The notes: generated by a model not told the origin, from the sequence alone. Counted from the stretch's first letter, positions 27,459 through 36,310 are shown. The stretch is DNA of 56,410 bases from a virus (IMGVR_UViG_3300031759_000027:1-56410); one strand, 5' to 3'. Made by a program: numbers and translations.

Positions 27459-27883
27459 AGGATTTTTTCAGCCCCAATAATAGAGCCCATGTCAAGTTTG
27501 TGCAACTCTTTTGAGAGATCTTGTTCAGTCAACTTGTCAACTTTTGGTGCAAGTTCATTTGCGTCACGCAAAACAGCCGAGAGCTTTGCTTTGAGCTGCG
27601 CTAAAGAATCAATCTTAGCGATCAAGTTCTCAATACGCCTTGGCAAATTTTTTGCAAGTCTGGCGTTATAGCCTTCTGCATCTTTTGCTTTTTTATCATT
27701 AGCACGCTTCGCACGAAGATCATTATGACCTTTAGACCAGTCTAAATGCTCTTGTGTACCCTTCTCGTATGGGTTCTCATCGTACTTTACGCCTTTGGTC
27801 GCAGCCATCGAACCTTCGTTGTAGTGCTGCTTTGCGTCTCGTGCTTTCGCAGGACCTAAATGAATGTGAATGTGCTTGGCCAT
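27455..27883 (-). CDS. HIHIH-leader protein 1 with Rmf/CrpP-like segment
   Basis: MAKHIHIHLGPAKARDA; Y.EG..A...G.....NPY..G......W..G; internal KAKDA. Confidence 0.75.
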   Translation of the reverse strand: MAKHIHIHLGPAKARDAKQHYNEGSMAATKGVKYDENPYEKGTQEHLDWSKGHNDLRAKRANDKKAKDAEGYNARLAKNLPRRIENLIAKIDSLAQLKAKLSAVLRDANELAPKVDKLTEQDLSKELHKLDMGSIIGAEKIL

Positions 27884-27885
27884 GG

Positions 27886-28128
27886 TTAAGCCTCCGAGCT
27901 TGATTCTTCACCACCACGATGAGCCCAATATTTCTTGTTCTCTTCGTTAATCGTTGCCAAGGTTACGTGCTCAGGCACGCATTCGACAACTGTTGGTTCG
28001 TATTCGTCGTTTGCGCGCTGAGTCTCGTAAGCGATTGCTGCCGCCTGCTTAGGATCTTTGCCATGCTTGATCTCTGTCGCAATATTCTCTTTTAATGCTT
28101 TTTCTGAACTTCCTTGAATTAACGGCAT
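27886..28128 (-). CDS. Conserved small phage protein
   Basis: MPL..GSS.....NI..E...GK..KQA.AIA pattern; AAGGAG SD. Confidence 0.7.
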   Translation of the reverse strand: MPLIQGSSEKALKENIATEIKHGKDPKQAAAIAYETQRANDEYEPTVVECVPEHVTLATINEENKKYWAHRGGEESSSEA

Positions 28129-28143
28129 AATCGCTCTCCTTAA

Positions 28144-28467
28144 TTACTTCTTGTAAATTGTAACGCCATTCGCTTTTGCATACCAATGCTCAGCATGCTC
28201 AATTGGCATCTCGCAGATTCCGGCGGCATAATCAACAATGTGATCATGTGTTGTGCGTAGTTTAAATGCTTTTGGCACTGTCACTGTTACGTAAACTGCT
28301 TCATCTGCAGGAGCTGCTTGAGGCTGCTCAGCTTCTGTCGCTGGTTCGGCTTGCTCTGTTGCGTTGGTTTGTTCTGGCAGGGCTTCAGCTTGTTCAGCTT
28401 GCTCTGTTACTTCTGCCTGATCTAATTCTTGATCTTCAACTTGGGTTGCTTGATCTTTTTTAGCCAC
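28144..28467 (-). CDS. Acidic hypothetical protein downstream of capsid gene
   Basis: AGGAG SD, GTG start, Glu/Gln/Ala-rich N-terminal half. Confidence 0.7.
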   Translation of the reverse strand: MAKKDQATQVEDQELDQAEVTEQAEQAEALPEQTNATEQAEPATEAEQPQAAPADEAVYVTVTVPKAFKLRTTHDHIVDYAAGICEMPIEHAEHWYAKANGVTIYKK

Positions 28468-28480
28468 GGTAATTCTCCTA

Positions 28481-28523
28481 AAGAAAAAAGAGACCCCTAC
28501 TTTTCGTGATAAGTAGAGGTCTC
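28481..28523 (-). terminator. Rho-independent terminator after major capsid gene
   Basis: 13-bp stem with one G-U (28490-28502/28511-28523) followed by TTTTTTCTT on the minus strand. Confidence 0.85.
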
Positions 28524-28535
28524 AAGCTGCAAGGT

Positions 28536-29645
28536 TTAGATACCGTCGAAGTAGCCGATGGTCTCTGGGTAGACAACTTCAACTGCGCCTAAGCGGCAGA
28601 AGTAAGTAGTCTTGTGGTAGATCGAGTCGTACTGGATTGGAGTACGTTGCAACAATGTCATTGGGTAACGAACACGTTGCTTCTCTTTTGTGTAAACTAC
28701 CATACGGTCAACTGTACCGAGTGTGCCGATAGTACCGCCTACACCTGCACCGATCAACCATTTCAATGGGAAGATCTCTAACTTGCCCTTACCAGAAGTA
28801 GTCAAGAGGTTGTTCTCTTGGATGTACTTGAGGATGGACACGTTACCAGCATTAGAAACTTTAGCTGTTGAGATGTAACCAAATTGTGCTGGTGGCAACA
28901 ACAAACGACCTGGGATGACTGCCCATGCAGAGGCTTGCCATACTGATGTCAACGCAGTGTTAACGTCAGCAAGGATCTCGTCAGGAGTCTTCTTAGACCA
29001 TTGTGTGAAGGTAGAAGCGCCAGCAACTACAGGCTGAACGTTTGTTACCAAGCTGTTGTTAACTAGACCAGTGTCGCCAGTGGAATAGTCACCAATATAC
29101 ACTTGCTCATCAATGTCCATTTGATGCTTGAGCTGTAAACCTTCATACTTCTGTTGGTCTACTGGACGGCCGAGTTTAGCAGCAGATTCAAGTTCCAAGA
29201 TGGTGTACTTGAGTTCCATTGCCCATGGGCGCAATTGATGTGGTACTTTGGCGATATCAGCAGAGATGCCAGTGATCTGGTCGGTATTCTTACCGATCCA
29301 TGCCTTGCCGTTACCAACGCCTTGTCCAGCGCCTAAACCAGAGGCTGAAGCGAAGGTAGACAATGTGAAGCTAGAAACTTCATCAGCAATCGTTACGTCT
29401 TCACGCAGATCCAAGTCACGACCCCAAGTCACAGAAGCCAAAGGCTCGTGCAAGGTCATGTCTAAGCGCTCTAATTCACCAACCAAGAACGCGCCTGTGC
29501 TATCAACTGTACGACCGTCAGCTGTGCGGAATGAACCACCCAAAGGACGACCAACCATGTTGCCCATTTTGTCGATTGTTCGGAAGCCTGAATCGAAAGT
29601 CATCATGTCGCGAACCTTGCGACGTGGTAAAAGAATGTTGCTCAT
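28536..29645 (-). CDS. Major capsid protein (DUF2184-like)
   Basis: GAFLVGELERLD..L.EPL...TW.RD..LREDV; size, position, strong SD, terminator. Confidence 0.9.
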   Translation of the reverse strand: MSNILLPRRKVRDMMTFDSGFRTIDKMGNMVGRPLGGSFRTADGRTVDSTGAFLVGELERLDMTLHEPLASVTWGRDLDLREDVTIADEVSSFTLSTFASASGLGAGQGVGNGKAWIGKNTDQITGISADIAKVPHQLRPWAMELKYTILELESAAKLGRPVDQQKYEGLQLKHQMDIDEQVYIGDYSTGDTGLVNNSLVTNVQPVVAGASTFTQWSKKTPDEILADVNTALTSVWQASAWAVIPGRLLLPPAQFGYISTAKVSNAGNVSILKYIQENNLLTTSGKGKLEIFPLKWLIGAGVGGTIGTLGTVDRMVVYTKEKQRVRYPMTLLQRTPIQYDSIYHKTTYFCRLGAVEVVYPETIGYFDGI

Positions 29646-29660
29646 TGTTAGCTCCTTATT

Positions 29661-30215
29661 TTAGTTAGCTGGGGTGATGAAGATTTCAGCAACACCGTTT
29701 GCATCCATACCGCCTTGGAAATTAGCATTCGTTACCAAAACGTTATTTGTGCCGTCAGCAGCTGTTTCAAACTGACCGATGATGTGTGCGCCAGAGGTTG
29801 CAGCTACGCGAACGTAAACTGGACCATTTTTAACTGGAGCTGTTTGACCAAGATTAACTTGGACCATGATGTAACCAGAACGCAATACATCAATCACGTT
29901 GCCTGCAATTCCAGCGTTGCCGATAGCAGCAGCACCAAAGTTGTTAGCAGATGATTGTTGGAATGGGTATGGACGAACTGTCACACCGTAAGCAGCGCTA
30001 GAAGCGTCGCCAGTTGTGAAAGGACGTGTACCTTGGCTTGCTGGATCAATCAACACAGCCTGACCAAAAATGGCAGGAGGTGCAGCTGGGTCAACCAAGC
30101 ATGGCTCGATTGAAGCTGGGTGGGTACGGTTTACATCACCGGAGAAGCCTGCGCCCATACGGAATGGGAAGGCCACGTCACGGGTTTTCATGCGTGTAAC
30201 TTGTTTCATTTTCAT
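29661..30215 (-). CDS. Head decoration/cement protein
   Basis: RM..G..GDV, G..VR.YP.Q, VLRSGY..V, G.VYVR; directly upstream of capsid gene. Confidence 0.8.
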   Translation of the reverse strand: MKMKQVTRMKTRDVAFPFRMGAGFSGDVNRTHPASIEPCLVDPAAPPAIFGQAVLIDPASQGTRPFTTGDASSAAYGVTVRPYPFQQSSANNFGAAAIGNAGIAGNVIDVLRSGYIMVQVNLGQTAPVKNGPVYVRVAATSGAHIIGQFETAADGTNNVLVTNANFQGGMDANGVAEIFITPAN

Positions 30216-30221
30216 TTCTCC

Positions 30222-31043
30222 TTAGTGGTTGGCCCAGTATGAGGCGTTCTTCTTGTTCAGTTCAGACAAGGACAGAGGACCGGCTGATTGAGCAGAGTTG
30301 CTCACGTCACCAGTGCGACCGGCATTGTTATTTGCTGTCTTTTTAATCGCGGCAGCAGAACGGAACAGGGTACGAACAGCGTCACAGGTCATCTGTTTAG
30401 TGTTCAAAGTTTTACCAGCTAACAACTCATCAAGAATTGCGCGGGTAGAAGGTTGGTTGTAAGCAACGTCCAAAGCTTGACGACGCAAACCACAAATCTT
30501 CTTGAAAGACTGGCCAGGTTTTGCAGCGCGATCGAACGTAGGAACACGGATGCCAGGAACTAAGATCTCGGCCAAGCCGATTGTGTCTTTGTAAGAATCA
30601 ACTAGCAAGCTAGAATCCTTAGTCATCTTAATTTCTTCATCTGAAGTACCTTCAGGAGCTTCTTCTTTCAAAGCACCTTCGATTTCGCCTTGAATACCTT
30701 CTTCGTCACCGGTAGCTGCGCCTTCACCTGCTTGACCAGCAATCAGCTTCTCTAGTGCTTCGATGCGGGCGCGCATTTCAGCATGTTCAGCTTCGTTCTT
30801 GTCCATGTGCTCTTGGATGTCGTCATCAGTAAAACGAGCGCGAGAACCTAATTCTTCTCCGCCTTCGTCGCCTGTGCCAGCACCAGAAACTGGGGTTGGA
30901 GCAACTTCTCCGCCGTGAACATGCACATGCACGTCACCAGGTTCTGCGTGTGGAGGGAGGTCTTCGTCATGAACCTTTCCTTTACGCAAGGCATCCTTTA
31001 CGCCTTTTGATACAGCATCAGCAATACGGCTATACTTTGGCAT
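30222..31043 (-). CDS. Nested in-frame scaffold protein
   Basis: AAAGGAG SD before in-frame ATG 31043 at the end of the protease domain. Confidence 0.6.
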   Translation of the reverse strand: MPKYSRIADAVSKGVKDALRKGKVHDEDLPPHAEPGDVHVHVHGGEVAPTPVSGAGTGDEGGEELGSRARFTDDDIQEHMDKNEAEHAEMRARIEALEKLIAGQAGEGAATGDEEGIQGEIEGALKEEAPEGTSDEEIKMTKDSSLLVDSYKDTIGLAEILVPGIRVPTFDRAAKPGQSFKKICGLRRQALDVAYNQPSTRAILDELLAGKTLNTKQMTCDAVRTLFRSAAAIKKTANNNAGRTGDVSNSAQSAGPLSLSELNKKNASYWANH

Positions 31044-31595
31044 AGCTATCTCCTTTGGTGAATGGTCGTTAACAGCGCATCGCGGGCCGCAACGACCTTG
31101 GTCGACCAGCGCGATATGGTTGCAAATTATGTTGAGTTGGCGTCCAACACCAGGACGGACTTCTTCATAATCTGCGTCGTAGCCAAGACTAATTTCAACT
31201 TTGTCATTGTCTAAGATTTCTTTGATACCTTCTTTATCAGTGATAATCAGATCACCAATAAGAAGATCGTCGTAAGCACCTTCGCCACGACGAATATTGA
31301 TTGCAGTACCTAAAGCTAATTCTTTCCAGTTTTCAGGAGTTACATCCTCATCAGGATGATCATTTGTGACTGGCTTGCCTAGTAAACTTGCCATTGTTTC
31401 AGGACGGAATACTTCATCATCGTCTCTGAAGATCTTTACTAAACCATCAGGACCTGCGTCAATCGGTGTTTCATCAGGGCCGTAAATCATCATACCAGTT
31501 CTAGCTAATGGAACATCTTCGCAAAGCAAAAATCCCTCAGGTGTAAGCGACCGTTTTGGCCCTAGCTTCTCAGTGGTATAAAAAGAACCCTTCAT
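30222..31595 (-). CDS. Prohead protease-scaffold (DUF2213-like)
   Basis: TPEGFL...ARTG...Y, PVT.DHP, EIS.GY, NH.ALV..GRCG..C; acidic scaffold C-terminus. Confidence 0.88.
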   Translation of the reverse strand: MKGSFYTTEKLGPKRSLTPEGFLLCEDVPLARTGMMIYGPDETPIDAGPDGLVKIFRDDDEVFRPETMASLLGKPVTNDHPDEDVTPENWKELALGTAINIRRGEGAYDDLLIGDLIITDKEGIKEILDNDKVEISLGYDADYEEVRPGVGRQLNIICNHIALVDQGRCGPRCAVNDHSPKEIAMPKYSRIADAVSKGVKDALRKGKVHDEDLPPHAEPGDVHVHVHGGEVAPTPVSGAGTGDEGGEELGSRARFTDDDIQEHMDKNEAEHAEMRARIEALEKLIAGQAGEGAATGDEEGIQGEIEGALKEEAPEGTSDEEIKMTKDSSLLVDSYKDTIGLAEILVPGIRVPTFDRAAKPGQSFKKICGLRRQALDVAYNQPSTRAILDELLAGKTLNTKQMTCDAVRTLFRSAAAIKKTANNNAGRTGDVSNSAQSAGPLSLSELNKKNASYWANH

Positions 31596-31667
31596 ATTAA
31601 CCCGCCTTGTGGTTGATGGATATGTGTGTATTGTAATGCGTTATGTGGTGTGTTGTAAGCACCACAA

Positions 31668-32120
31668 TCAAAGCAATTCTAACACAAGAGCCTCTAGTGT
31701 GTCACGTAAATGTGGATGAAGATCATCAGGTAATTCATGCAACTTGATCCACTTATATTTGCTATGTTCAGGGCTCAATTTTGGCTCGAACTTATCAACA
31801 CGTAACATAAATGTGGTGTAGTCAGCCTGACCATCAACCGTGTGGGCAATCTCTTTTAAGGCATCTGCGTAGCGATCAAAGTCCTTGCTAATTCCACACT
31901 CTTCTCGGCACTCACGAATGGCTGTAGCTCTGATTGATTCATCACCATCATCTGCCTTACCACCTGGAAGATCCCACAGACCTGGATGATTAGATTCCTC
32001 ACTTCTCTTCATCACAAGAATCTCATCATCAGCCACAAACAAAATACCTGCTGCAATGACTCTTGGAGCGGCATCCGTGATGTGGACTCGTTTGCCTAAA
32101 ATGTGTAGTGTGATGTTCAT
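31668..32120 (-). CDS. NUDIX hydrolase
   Basis: W.LPGGK...DES...A.RECREECG Nudix box. Confidence 0.88.
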   Translation of the reverse strand: MNITLHILGKRVHITDAAPRVIAAGILFVADDEILVMKRSEESNHPGLWDLPGGKADDGDESIRATAIRECREECGISKDFDRYADALKEIAHTVDGQADYTTFMLRVDKFEPKLSPEHSKYKWIKLHELPDDLHPHLRDTLEALVLELL

Positions 32121-32890
32121 TCGTTAATCTCCGGTAAGATAGGTTCCATGTAGCACCTGCAGTTGTAAATTCCACCTGGAAGTAATGGTTGACCATCGAC
32201 AATGGGTGGATTGGCAATTTCAAAGATCTTGTTTGCGACCTTCTTGTGTGATTCTCTGACATCATGATCATTGGCTGTCCGCCAAACAAAATGAGTACAT
32301 TGCGCAGTCCTAGCGCGTGCTGCTGTAAGCTCGGTCGCGATTCTAGAGGTTTCAGTCCTTGCAATTAACATCGCACGACTTTCAGTGACCTTTCCAGTCT
32401 TTAAAACTTCTTGCGCAATTGTAGAAGCTCTAGTACCTGCAGACATACCGTCAATAATTACTTTGTGGACTCGCTGCGCAGCTTGTGTTGGCAAGGATGT
32501 GATCAGATCAACTTGCTCGTTAATAGAATCTCTAAATAGTTGACCTGTTGGTGTTGTTTCAATTTCACCACGAAGCTGCTCACCAATGTCTGCTCCAAGA
32601 TCTGCCCACATGGTGGCGTCGCGTCTTGCTACATCTTCAACCATTCTTGTTGCGACAGACTTCGCCCAGGGACGAAGCATCTCAGCATACTTCGACAAGG
32701 CGTTTTGAAGTTGCGTAGAATCGGTGATCTGCTTTGGGCTAACAAAGCCCTTAACAATTGAACCAACTTGTTTAGCTACTTGTCTGAGCTGCCTAGCGTA
32801 AGCTTGCTCAGCCTTTCTACTTTTTAAGTAGATCTGCTGACTTTTACGATACTCAGTCTTCGATCCTCTGGCATCAAATGTTCTTAGCAT
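32117..32890 (-). CDS. Head morphogenesis protein (SPP1 gp7/Mu F-like)
   Basis: RA.LIARTE, W.T..D..VR.SH, PG...NCRC. Confidence 0.88.
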   Translation of the reverse strand: MLRTFDARGSKTEYRKSQQIYLKSRKAEQAYARQLRQVAKQVGSIVKGFVSPKQITDSTQLQNALSKYAEMLRPWAKSVATRMVEDVARRDATMWADLGADIGEQLRGEIETTPTGQLFRDSINEQVDLITSLPTQAAQRVHKVIIDGMSAGTRASTIAQEVLKTGKVTESRAMLIARTETSRIATELTAARARTAQCTHFVWRTANDHDVRESHKKVANKIFEIANPPIVDGQPLLPGGIYNCRCYMEPILPEINE

Positions 32891-34475
32891 TGCTTTGAGC
32901 CTCTAAATCTTCAGGCTTTGCACCAGCTTCATCTGATGAAATTTTCTCAACTGATGGTTCAGCTGCTGGCAAATTTGATTCTTTTGGCTTTATCTGTTTG
33001 ACATGGCTTGCTGGACTAGGTTCTGAAAAACCGGTGAATCCCTCATGCTCGCCACCGTCTTCATGACCTGGCACCAAACCTTCACCTGATGGTGGCATAG
33101 CTGATTCAGCGTCCTCAATGTCCTCATCGGTGATATTCGTGAAGATGCCGGTCTTATCAGATGATTGGCGAAGCTCTTTCATGGCTGCTGCTTGACTGAT
33201 TAGACCTTGCGACTCAGCACCTGAGATAGCTTGAGCTACAGTACTTGCCACGTTGGCCTTATCAAGATCAGACATCTGCCACAAGCTCTTAAACTCAATG
33301 CCAAAACCTTCTGGTAGCTCGATGTCTTCAGAAGCTGCAATCGCACGATAGATCTTAGTCATCGGAACAAGCAGCTGCTTGACCTGTTGTTGGCGAATGT
33401 TATCATAGTAGTTGCGTAAATCAGAATCACCAGAATTAAAGCCTAACGGTGACTGACCAAACAAACGGACTAATGGAATTTGAAGGGCACCAGAAAGTTG
33501 CTGGCCAAACTGTTGTAGAGCGTCAGACAAGCCTGAGAAGCCACCATGTGTTGTTGCCTCCATGCTGTCATTGGCATCTAGCAACGTGATACCCTCAATG
33601 CCCTGGAAGCGACGCATCATGTCGACATATCTAGTCAAAGCTGCAACTGCGTCGCCACCGGCTGCTGAGATCTCACGCATGCCTTCAATCTTATACGTTC
33701 TGATGTAGCTCTTGAAAACAAGCTGCGCAGCTCCTGTTGTGGCTGAATCAAACGCAACCATGCGATCATAGAGACGTTCAAATACGGATAAGCCCCAAAG
33801 GTTCTCCATTACTCGCTGCCAATATGGCAAACGAACACCCTCAAGACGTAAGCAACGGCTGTAATGAATCTTTTGGCGGTTTAATGCGGGCGCGTTTGCT
33901 GTTACTGAATAGAATTTAGGCTCACCCATGTTGGCGCCCATTTCAGTAACCAGGTCTGAAAGACTAGGCTCAACCATCCAGCGGTCTAAAACTAACAAGC
34001 CACGGAACTGACCCTTGCGGATCGTATTTAGTCGCAGCGGCGTCTCAGGATCTTGACCATCAATCAGCATGACGGCAATGCAACCACCATAAAGACGAGA
34101 CCACTTAATGGCGTCGTTGATCTGATTCCAAACGCCGTACATTGTGGCAACTTCTTCGATGTGCTGCATGTCATCAGGATCTAACTTGCCTTTGAGCTCA
34201 ACACCAGCTCTTGTCATGTCATCAGCAACAACGTCAACAGCAACACCACCTAACCAAGATCCGCGATGGATCCATTCAAGCAATGTTCGATTGCGAGTAA
34301 TCGGGTTGAAGCCGTAAGTCGAAGACGTTAATGGATTATCTGAACCGATACCCATGTTCTGAGAAAAATTAACGAAGCTATCAGCTGCAACGCCGCGCTT
34401 CGCTTTGTCTCTTGCCCGATTGTCCTTGTTTAAAGAACTGTTGGCAAATCGTTGAATGCTTTTTTGCTTAGCCAT
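32874..34475 (-). CDS. Portal protein (DUF1073-like)
   Basis: W.....VD..A.DMTR, W.RLYGG, IH.SR, IP..RLFGQSP.G, D..NYYD. Confidence 0.9.
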   Translation of the reverse strand: MAKQKSIQRFANSSLNKDNRARDKAKRGVAADSFVNFSQNMGIGSDNPLTSSTYGFNPITRNRTLLEWIHRGSWLGGVAVDVVADDMTRAGVELKGKLDPDDMQHIEEVATMYGVWNQINDAIKWSRLYGGCIAVMLIDGQDPETPLRLNTIRKGQFRGLLVLDRWMVEPSLSDLVTEMGANMGEPKFYSVTANAPALNRQKIHYSRCLRLEGVRLPYWQRVMENLWGLSVFERLYDRMVAFDSATTGAAQLVFKSYIRTYKIEGMREISAAGGDAVAALTRYVDMMRRFQGIEGITLLDANDSMEATTHGGFSGLSDALQQFGQQLSGALQIPLVRLFGQSPLGFNSGDSDLRNYYDNIRQQQVKQLLVPMTKIYRAIAASEDIELPEGFGIEFKSLWQMSDLDKANVASTVAQAISGAESQGLISQAAAMKELRQSSDKTGIFTNITDEDIEDAESAMPPSGEGLVPGHEDGGEHEGFTGFSEPSPASHVKQIKPKESNLPAAEPSVEKISSDEAGAKPEDLEAQSNAKNI

Positions 34476-34794
34476 TATTTTGTGCCCTTACAGGTAGGAT
34501 GGCAGTTACTGCCAAGCGGCGGTGTGGGATGCTGGTATCACAGAGCATTTGGATGTTGTAGGTCACGTTATCAAGACCACCAACAACTGGCTGCTGTGCA
34601 AATTTTCCAGATGGGTCAATCCAAGAAGCTCCTGAAAGAATATTTGAGGCATTAGGATCGACTCCTGAGTTCAATGTCACAACAACTGAAACAACATTGA
34701 CAAGAATCTCATCGGGAGCTAATGCATCAGAATAGTCAAAAGTGATAATGACATCCTCATCTGGATCTTTATCAGTCAAAATGTTGCATGTCAT
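34468..34794 (-). CDS. Fibre adaptor-like virion protein
   Basis: KDPDE....FD...L...E...GG..G/N..Y......TS..R pattern; ends the fibre cassette. Confidence 0.55.
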   Translation of the reverse strand: MTCNILTDKDPDEDVIITFDYSDALAPDEILVNVVSVVVTLNSGVDPNASNILSGASWIDPSGKFAQQPVVGGLDNVTYNIQMLCDTSIPHRRLAVTAILPVRAQNNG

Positions 34795-36293
34795 TTCAAG
34801 GTCCTCGCTATGTAGTCACGCACCGATGAGTAAGCTGTATAAAACCGCTCGCCAATGTAAGTAGTATATTCTCTCACAAACGACTGGGCTAGGTAGCGGT
34901 AGTCTAGCTCTAGTGGCTTTTTCAACTGGGCGAATAGCGTTATTATACCTTGGACCGCCACGGTCAAAATTGGCCTGATTTGTCGCACAATGGACGCGGT
35001 AGCACTAACTGAGACCATCATTAGATGACCTCGAAGTGTACTGAGTTGAGATTCTACGTAGGTGATCACACTCTGCAACATGTTAATTGACTTAATCATC
35101 AAGTTTGTTGATAGCACGTCCACAAATTTTGTGATACTTAAGAATTTAGCAATGTAAACAAAAGATGAAACTGCAATTGCGTATGATGCACTGATAAATC
35201 TACCGATTTGTATGGACGTAGTCACAGCAACTGAGTACGTAGCGCCGATCACTCGATTGATATACACCAACGAGCTTACAACAACCATGTCGACTAACTT
35301 ACCAATCTGGTTTGTAAGCGTAGCTACTGAACTAACAGCTGCAATGAGTAAGCTGCTAACTTGCTTGTAGACAGCAGCTGAGCCAATAACAAGTGTGCTG
35401 AGAGTAGTACTAATGAACCGGCCAATTGCCAGAAGCGATAAAACGCTAGTTACGTAAGTTACGCTAATCGCGCGGGCAATGTACATGGAAGCTGTTGCAG
35501 TGGTGTTAAGCAGCTTACCAACCTGATTTGTAAGGGCGGCTATTGAATTAGCTGCAACAACTTGTAAGTTGCTGACTTGTTTATAAACTGCGGCCGAGCC
35601 TGTGATTGCCCAACTGATAGCTGTTTTAATAAAGCGGCCGATTTGGATGTCTGTGACAACAAGAACAGCGATTGTAAGAAGATGTCCTGCATTATGTTGA
35701 ATGGAGATATACGTTGCTGAAACAAAATAGTAAACATTGACAAAGAGATTTCTAGGCGTTACGATTGCAGCAGTTGCTGTAGTGAGCAACAACTTACCAG
35801 CTTGCCTAGTCAACGTAGCGACAGCTGTAGAAGCTGCTGAAAGCGGCTTTAAGATATTTTTTGTAGCTACAAGAACAACACTAGATGCAAAAGCAATTGT
35901 CTGGCCAATAAATCTTGAAGTTGTAATTGTTGAAGTTGTTGAAATCGATCTTAGGATGCCTACTGTTTTAGAAAGGGTTACTCCGCCAGATGCACTAAGC
36001 ACAAAGGTCTTTATCATCGACAATTGGACAACTAATGTGGTAGTAATAAAAAACGCTATGGTTTTGCTAATGGCTCTTAATTGAGACACCGCAGCCAAAA
36101 CTAACACCGCTAAGTTCTTATTGACCATTTTCAACATTGAAACAGCTGAAATGCAAGAAATCAAAATATTTTTCAATGTTAGCGTAGATCTTGCTACGAA
36201 AGATGTGACTGAAATGGTCATCACCTTTATAAACGAGTTTCCTGACTTAATACTTGAATAAGGAGTTTCAGAGAACGAAGATCCAGAGAACAT
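34791..36293 (-). CDS. Ser/Thr/Val/Ile/Ala-rich repeat protein, probable fibre component
   Basis: 500 aa ORF; repeated IGRFI and GSAAVYKQVS...LTNQ.GKL units. Confidence 0.7.
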   Translation of the reverse strand: MFSGSSFSETPYSSIKSGNSFIKVMTISVTSFVARSTLTLKNILISCISAVSMLKMVNKNLAVLVLAAVSQLRAISKTIAFFITTTLVVQLSMIKTFVLSASGGVTLSKTVGILRSISTTSTITTSRFIGQTIAFASSVVLVATKNILKPLSAASTAVATLTRQAGKLLLTTATAAIVTPRNLFVNVYYFVSATYISIQHNAGHLLTIAVLVVTDIQIGRFIKTAISWAITGSAAVYKQVSNLQVVAANSIAALTNQVGKLLNTTATASMYIARAISVTYVTSVLSLLAIGRFISTTLSTLVIGSAAVYKQVSSLLIAAVSSVATLTNQIGKLVDMVVVSSLVYINRVIGATYSVAVTTSIQIGRFISASYAIAVSSFVYIAKFLSITKFVDVLSTNLMIKSINMLQSVITYVESQLSTLRGHLMMVSVSATASIVRQIRPILTVAVQGIITLFAQLKKPLELDYRYLAQSFVREYTTYIGERFYTAYSSVRDYIARTLK

Positions 36294-36310
36294 TATGAGC
36301 CCCTATAAAA

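Noticed and set aside
29248-29664. Antisense ORFs in the track (e.g. 29248..29664, 21649..22029, 37445..37894, 54268..54693)
   Set aside because: They shadow well-supported genes on the opposite strand and lack SDs or motifs
31596-31667. Possible late promoter/hairpin upstream of the protease gene (TGTGGTG/CACCACA, TACAAT on minus strand)
   Set aside because: Weak -35 and no second copy found upstream of other late genes
32874-34475. Anti-CBASS Acb1 label often attached to this portal family
   Set aside because: Sequence and synteny fit a portal; no separate 2H phosphoesterase domain with two HxT motifs was seen
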